DNA of 64,000 nucleotides from Escherichia coli (GTDB lineage Bacteria; Pseudomonadota; Gammaproteobacteria; Enterobacterales; Enterobacteriaceae): NCBI RefSeq assembly GCF_051903065.1, contig NZ_CP178438.1; one strand, 5' to 3'. Shown piece by piece: positions 59,324 to 64,000 of this stretch (position 1 is its first letter; each line of letters starts with the position of its first letter). The notes under the pieces were generated by a model. It saw only the letters and a program-made list of their open reading frames with translations, ran no database searches and was not told where the DNA came from. The position numbers and the translations under genes were made by a program.

Positions 59324-60121
59324 TTAGAACATTACCTTATGACCGTACTGCTCAAGAATGCCTTTCACGCGTTCCATGGTTTCTTTCTTCGGTGGTTTAA
59401 CACCATCGAGTTTGTATTCTTCACCCATCGCCACCCATTTGTGTTTGCCCAGTTCGTGGTAGGGGAGAAGTTCGATTTTCTCAACGTTACCCATATCACG
59501 GGTAAATTCACCGAGGCGATGCGCTGAATCGTCATCGTCAGACCAGCCTGGGACAACAACGTAGCGGATCCACACCTTCACATTTTTGTTCGCCAGATAT
59601 TTAGCGAACTCCAGCGTGCGGTGGTTGGAAACTCCAACCAGATTTTGGTGGATCTCGTCGTTCATCTGTTTGAGATCGAGCATTACCAGGTCGGTTACTT
59701 CCAGCAGTTCATCAATCACCGGATCGTAACGACGAACAAAACCGTTGGTATCCAGACAGGTATGAATGCCTTCTTTTTTACAGGCGCGGAACCAGTCACG
59801 AACAAACTCAGCTTGCAGGATTGCTTCACCGCCGGATGCGGTAACGCCGCCGCCGGAAGCGTTCATAAAGTGGCGATAGGTCACCACTTCCTTCATCAAA
59901 TCTTCAACGGTAACTTCTTTACCGCCATGCGTGTCCCAGGTGTCGCGGTTATGACAATACAGGCAGCGCATCAGGCAGCCCTGGAAAAAGGTGATAAAGC
60001 GAATACCTGGGCCGTCTACGGTTCCACAGGATTCAAAGGAGTGAATGCGACCAATAACTGACTTGGTAGCCCCCGCCGTAGCGGTATTTTCTGTTGTATT
60101 ACAATTAGTTAAATTACTCAT
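59324..60121 (-). CDS. pflA: Pyruvate formate-lyase activating enzyme PflA (radical SAM); start uncertain (ATG at 60121 gives 265 aa; the known mature N-terminus SVIGRIH begins at 60061)
   Basis: Radical-SAM CxxxCxxC motif ([10 protein letters not shown]); sequence matches PflA; no ATG at the position corresponding to the 246-aa form (codon is AAG). Confidence 0.92.
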   Translation of the reverse strand: MSNLTNCNTTENTATAGATKSVIGRIHSFESCGTVDGPGIRFITFFQGCLMRCLYCHNRDTWDTHGGKEVTVEDLMKEVVTYRHFMNASGGGVTASGGEAILQAEFVRDWFRACKKEGIHTCLDTNGFVRRYDPVIDELLEVTDLVMLDLKQMNDEIHQNLVGVSNHRTLEFAKYLANKNVKVWIRYVVVPGWSDDDDSAHRLGEFTRDMGNVEKIELLPYHELGKHKWVAMGEEYKLDGVKPPKKETMERVKGILEQYGHKVMF

Positions 60122-60152
60122 ATCGCTTCAATTGGCTCTAGTTAACTCTGGT

Positions 60153-61148
60153 TTATGGACGCATTATGGACATTCCTGACACCGGGTTAAGAGTCACTGC
60201 ATCTTGTAAGAAATCCGGTGCAAAGTGTGCGTAGGTCATAGTTTGCTGAATGTTAGAATGACCCAGGATGCGCTGCAATGTGATTATGTTACCTCCATTC
60301 ATTATAAAATGTGTGGCAAATGTATGCCTCAAAACATGCACTGCCTGTCCGTCAGGTAAATCGGGTTTTACTTCCCTGAGAGCGTTGCGCACTTTGTAGT
60401 AACTGGCATTAAAAAGCCTGCCTGAATTTTTGGTCTTGATCCGTTTAATCAGGTCCTGCGAAACGGGAATTGTCCTGCGCTTTCCGTTTTTAGTTTTCAT
60501 AAACGTAACCATCTGGTTAATGATGTGTTCAGCTTTTAAATTAGACACTTCACTCCAGCGTCCACCAGTAGAAAGGCAGACCAGAGTCGCATTTAATTCA
60601 TCACCATCGAGCATGGATAACAGCCGTGTAATCTCTTCACTGGACAAAAAAGCCATTTCTGTAACAGCTTCACGTAATCGCTTAACCTCACGGAACGGGT
60701 TGTGAGAATGGTATTCACCGGCATCAATTAACTTGGTGAACATCCCGCTCATTATTGCCAGATGCCGATTTACGCTGGCTGGTTTTAGACCATCGTTCAT
60801 CATTACAACGCGATAATCAGTTATCGTTTTCTTTGTTAGCTGGTCAGCTCTGGACACTCCCATTTCTGCAAATTTGGCGATTATTGTCGTCAAACGCCCC
60901 CGTTCAATATCTCCACGCTCATGTGATTTTCCGTGATATATCCACCATCTGCCTAACAACTCTGTAAGAGTTCGTCGGTCGGCTGGCTTCTCCAGCCACT
61001 CTTTGTTGTGGTAGTTAACCAGTACATGACGTTCGAATGCTTGAGCTTCACCTTTAGTTTTAAATTTCCGCCTGATACGTTTTCCATCTGCACCCTGCGG
61101 TCTGACGTCCACTTCATAACGACCATCATCGAGCTTTTTAATAGACAT
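60153..61148 (-). CDS. int: Tyrosine recombinase / phage integrase (P2 Int-like)
   Basis: 331 aa; N-terminal MSIKKLDDGRYEVDVRP and C-terminal catalytic region HVLRHTFATHF...LGHSNIQQTMTYAHFAP (R-H-R-Y). Confidence 0.88.
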   Translation of the reverse strand: MSIKKLDDGRYEVDVRPQGADGKRIRRKFKTKGEAQAFERHVLVNYHNKEWLEKPADRRTLTELLGRWWIYHGKSHERGDIERGRLTTIIAKFAEMGVSRADQLTKKTITDYRVVMMNDGLKPASVNRHLAIMSGMFTKLIDAGEYHSHNPFREVKRLREAVTEMAFLSSEEITRLLSMLDGDELNATLVCLSTGGRWSEVSNLKAEHIINQMVTFMKTKNGKRRTIPVSQDLIKRIKTKNSGRLFNASYYKVRNALREVKPDLPDGQAVHVLRHTFATHFIMNGGNIITLQRILGHSNIQQTMTYAHFAPDFLQDAVTLNPVSGMSIMRP

Positions 61149-61241
61149 AAAGCCCTCCGATGACGCTGTTTACTTCTACTACTTGAAAATTAATGCAATT
61201 TTCTTTCGTACATTTACTGCATACATATGCTGAATAAATCG

Positions 61242-61553
61242 TCAGCCAGTCTTTTGGTCTGAGTGGTGCAAGGTTGTTGAGTCTTGCCCAATGTGCGCGA
61301 GCGCCGGGGCTATTTGTCCGCCAGCGGGATCAGTTTCATCAAACATGAACCAGTCACGGTACTTGCGAAATCTTTCAGGCTTGAAAAATTTCATGCCTGC
61401 GTCAAAAGACATCTTTACTTTTCCCTGCTCATATCCAGCATAGGTGTTGTAGTTAATTCCAGTTAATTCAGCAACTTGCTTCCTTGTCATTCTTTCTGAC
61501 TCCCGAATAAGTGCGAGTTTCTCTGCTTGAGATGTGATTTGTGTATTTGACAT
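61242..61553 (-). CDS. Phage repressor, P2 C-like (HTH)
   Basis: About 104 aa from MSNTQITSQ; HTH segment RKQVAELTGINYNTYAGYEQG; C-terminus GQIAPALAHIGQ...SDQKTG resembles P2 C; divergent from the downstream operon. Confidence 0.72.
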   Translation of the reverse strand: MSNTQITSQAEKLALIRESERMTRKQVAELTGINYNTYAGYEQGKVKMSFDAGMKFFKPERFRKYRDWFMFDETDPAGGQIAPALAHIGQDSTTLHHSDQKTG

Positions 61554-61657
61554 GAATTGTCGTATCTCGTAATTTATGTTGTATGCGACACGCCAGAACA
61601 ACTCAGAGCGGCTTCAAATAGCTCTGGTTGAATGGCACCAAAGTTGAGGATATCAAA

Positions 61658-62014
61658 ATGAGTATTGGATCAGAAATGAATAACGATGTTGGAGAAAAAG
61701 TATCTGATCTCACAAAAAGTAAAAAATGTGACATCAAACTTGCAGCCGCACCGTCGGATTTGCTCTCGAAAGAGGGATTTGCTCTTTACATCGGTAAGAC
61801 GCCTCGTGCTGTTGCTGAAATGGCGAAAGCAGGCAAGTTACCAGCCTTTTATATGACGGACCCATTAAAGCCGGGCGGTCATGCTGAGTTATGGATTAAT
61901 CGCCGTGAGTGGGACAAGTACGCAGCCCAACTAGTTGATGAAGCTCCGACAGAATGGCATGACTGGAAAAATCGCATTAGTTACAGCAAATCAAGACATG
62001 GCCGTGCGGCTTAA
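61658..62014 (+). CDS. Cox-like excisionase/transcriptional regulator (start uncertain; ORF track begins 61628)
   Basis: Segment FALYIGKTPRAVAEMAKAGKLPAFYMTDP resembles P2 Cox; first gene of the rightward operon facing the repressor. Confidence 0.55.
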   Translation: MSIGSEMNNDVGEKVSDLTKSKKCDIKLAAAPSDLLSKEGFALYIGKTPRAVAEMAKAGKLPAFYMTDPLKPGGHAELWINRREWDKYAAQLVDEAPTEWHDWKNRISYSKSRHGRAA

Positions 62015-62024
62015 GGTGGAAAGG

Positions 62025-62195
62025 ATGAACGAGCCTCGTTGTATTGCTCAGTTATTGCGTAACGAAAGCCCCAGGGCGATTGACTTCACCATTACCCACG
62101 GTAAGGGGCGTAAGGGAATCATTATCCGCACCAAAAAACAGAGTCCGTTAAAAAAGGCTCTGACCTTTCTGAAAAGCCGGAGGGTATGGAAATGA
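62025..62195 (+). CDS. Small basic hypothetical phage protein (56 aa)
   Basis: ATG with aaggtggaaagg RBS immediately after the cox-like stop; the ORF track gives a longer, out-of-context version from 61935. Confidence 0.3.
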   Translation: MNEPRCIAQLLRNESPRAIDFTITHGKGRKGIIIRTKKQSPLKKALTFLKSRRVWK

Positions 62196-62692
62196 CAGTG
62201 ATGACGCTCAATCTCGTTGAAAAACAACCAGCAACTATGCGCCGGATAATTGGTAAGCATCTTGCCGTCCCTCGCTGGCAGGAGACATGTGATTATTATA
62301 ATCAGATGATGGAGCGCGAACGGCTAACGGTTTGCTTCCATGCACAGTTAAAACAGCGTCATGCAACGATGCGTTTTGAAGAAATGAACGACGTCGAACG
62401 TGAACGGCTGGTTTGTGCAATTGATGAATTGCGTGGGGCATTCTCAAAACGCCGTCAGGTCGGTGCAAGTGAGTATGCATATATTAGCTTTTTAACTGTC
62501 AGTCAGCGCCGTACTTTATTTATGCACGCACGACTGACAGAAAATGAATTTAATCAGCCATACTGGCGAATTAATGAAGAGTCATGTTACTGGCGTGATG
62601 CTTTATTCCGTGCATTACGTGAATTATTCAGTCTGTTTGAATATGCACCGACAATTCTGACGTCGGTAAAACCAGAGCAATATCTACATTAA
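62186..62692 (+). CDS. Phage early protein, possibly gpB-like replication protein (168 aa)
   Basis: Size and position match P2 gene B; no motif recognised with certainty. Confidence 0.45.
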   Translation: MEMTVMTLNLVEKQPATMRRIIGKHLAVPRWQETCDYYNQMMERERLTVCFHAQLKQRHATMRFEEMNDVERERLVCAIDELRGAFSKRRQVGASEYAYISFLTVSQRRTLFMHARLTENEFNQPYWRINEESCYWRDALFRALRELFSLFEYAPTILTSVKPEQYLH

Positions 62693-62755
62693 GTAATTAA
62701 CCAAAGTTTTTAACGCACTTAATCGTGCGGGGCTTCTTTTTGCCTGGAGAAAGTC

Positions 62756-62968
62756 ATGCATACAGTTTCTGAAAATCAGTGCGGTAAATACGCATTAATG
62801 CTGCAACAGGCCAGAACCGAAGCACAGGCCGATGCAGCAACGCGCTTTTCGTCTCATCTTGATGCCATGATTCGCCACATCACAAAGGCGGAGTTATCCC
62901 GCGTGGAGATAGTCGAGTTGCTCAGTCAGGAGTCTGCCAAATTCCATAATCTAGGACTCAATAAATAA
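62756..62968 (+). CDS. Hypothetical phage early protein (70 aa)
   Basis: ORF in the early operon between gpB-like gene and zinc-finger gene. Confidence 0.4.
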   Translation: MHTVSENQCGKYALMLQQARTEAQADAATRFSSHLDAMIRHITKAELSRVEIVELLSQESAKFHNLGLNK

Positions 62969-62976
62969 CAGGGAAG

Positions 62977-63228
62977 TTGGAGATGACAAATACAAAATGG
63001 TTCAGGAAACGCTTAACAGATTATCAACTTTCATTACTTAAAAAATTAGATGACAAGACTCCACTACATCCTTCAAGCGATGTCTTCCGCTCCTGTCCTA
63101 GTCGTGTGGAAAAAGCATTTATAGCAATGGGGAAATGGGGGCTTGTGACCAAATCAAGAGAAGGTTTCTGTATTACCGATAATGGCCGGGAAATGATTGA
63201 TTCTGCGGAGAGGGCATATAGCGAATGA
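62977..63228 (+). CDS. Hypothetical phage early protein (83 aa)
   Basis: ORF in the early operon; tightly packed. Confidence 0.4.
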   Translation: MEMTNTKWFRKRLTDYQLSLLKKLDDKTPLHPSSDVFRSCPSRVEKAFIAMGKWGLVTKSREGFCITDNGREMIDSAERAYSE

Positions 63229-63515
63229 AAAATATATTGCTTAATAACTGGCTGAAGATTTCAGTCATGAAAAATGGTGATTTGTCGCTAGCTGATATTA
63301 AACGCGATAAAAACACTGGGGATATGGTGGAATCAACTATAGCCATTTATGCGGATAAATTAAATCTCCTGTCTGATGTGGTCAATTTACTTGTTAAACG
63401 CGCTGTATTTCATAAGCAAATTTCATCCGTGGATGAACTGACAAAATTAACGACAGAAATCGCCAGCTATTGCGCTGATGAATTTAAGAAGCTGAACGAC
63501 AAAAGGAGCGGGTAA
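63225..63515 (+). CDS. Hypothetical phage early protein (96 aa)
   Basis: Start overlaps the upstream stop (translational coupling). Confidence 0.4.
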   Translation: MKNILLNNWLKISVMKNGDLSLADIKRDKNTGDMVESTIAIYADKLNLLSDVVNLLVKRAVFHKQISSVDELTKLTTEIASYCADEFKKLNDKRSG

Positions 63516-63739
63516 TGCCGGACAACGTAGATTTTATTCAGGAACAACAGGCTGAATTACTGGAGCGCCAGATTAACGCGGCAAGGGTAAAACATTGTGG
63601 TGCTTCTGCGCTGGTTTGCGAAGAGTGTGATGCGCCAATACCTGCTGCCCGTCGTGCGGCTTATCCGTCAGCCACGCGTTGTGTTTCCTGTCAGTCAGTC
63701 TTTGAAGCAAAAAACAAACATTACCGGAGAACGGCATGA
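63515..63739 (+). CDS. TraR/DksA-type C4 zinc-finger protein (74 aa)
   Basis: CEECDAPIP...RCVSCQ four-Cys motif; start overlaps the upstream stop. Confidence 0.6.
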   Translation: MPDNVDFIQEQQAELLERQINAARVKHCGASALVCEECDAPIPAARRAAYPSATRCVSCQSVFEAKNKHYRRTA

Positions 63740-63999
63740 GTATTCGTATTGAAATTGGCGAACGTTATGTCGTTACCAGTGACAGCTTTCAGTTTATTCT
63801 CCACGAGAAAAAGAGAGCGGAAAGCGGTAAAAACGCCGGTCAGGAGTGGCTGGCGGTGGTTGGTTATTACCCGAAATTAAGCCAGCTCGTTTCCGGCCTG
63901 ATGCATCACGATATTCTGACCGGAAGCGCAAAGTCTTTTGCTGATTTAAACGCGCAGGTTGAGCAACTCAGCAGGCGTTGTTCTGAGGCTTTTGGCTCA
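63736..63999 (+). CDS. Hypothetical phage protein, N-terminal part (runs off window end)
   Basis: ATG overlapping the previous stop (ATGA); open frame to the window edge (MSIRIEIGERYVVTSDSFQF...). Confidence 0.4.
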   Translation, partial: MSIRIEIGERYVVTSDSFQFILHEKKRAESGKNAGQEWLAVVGYYPKLSQLVSGLMHHDILTGSAKSFADLNAQVEQLSRRCSEAFGS

Positions 64000-64000
64000 T

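Larger units (their letters stand above)
60122..64000. mobile_element. Left arm of a P2-like prophage (integrase, C repressor, Cox-like, early operon); continues beyond window end
   Basis: P2-type gene order int(-) C(-) | cox-like(+) and small early ORFs(+); 3' end of int abuts the pflA upstream region. Confidence 0.8.

Overview
This window reads as an Escherichia coli-type chromosomal segment running potG → pflA (potGHI, ybjO, rlmC, artJ/artPIQM, ybjP, ybjQ-amiD, ybjS, ybjT, ltaE, poxB, hcr-hcp, ybjE, aqpZ, ybjD, ybjX, macAB, cspD, clpSA, serW, infA, aat, cydCD, trxB, lrp, ftsK, lolA, rarA, serS, dmsABC, ycaC, ycaD, ycaM, pflA). Gene identities come from reading the translated ORFs against remembered E. 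coli K-12 proteins and gene order; no database search was possible, so every 'absent from K-12' statement rests on memory. Against that backbone, five things stand out. (1) A three-gene cassette between rlmC and artJ encodes an ascorbate-family PTS EIIC, an EIIB and a cytoplasmic Cys-type sulfatase. (2) An AT-rich island between ybjP and ybjQ carries one 600-aa ORF with a C-terminal pentapeptide-repeat domain, a candidate secreted effector or DNA-mimic protein. (3) A cas-less orphan type I-F CRISPR array (three repeats, two spacers) sits between clpA and serW. (4) The left arm of a P2-like prophage (integrase, C-type repressor, Cox-like protein, early-operon ORFs) begins 31 bp upstream of the pflA ORF and runs off the window. 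(5) ycaN/ycaK are missing between ycaM and pflA, and the FtsK linker carries expanded tandem repeats. The prophage arm and the AT-rich island are the most likely places for undescribed biology; the rest is conserved housekeeping and anaerobic-metabolism genes.
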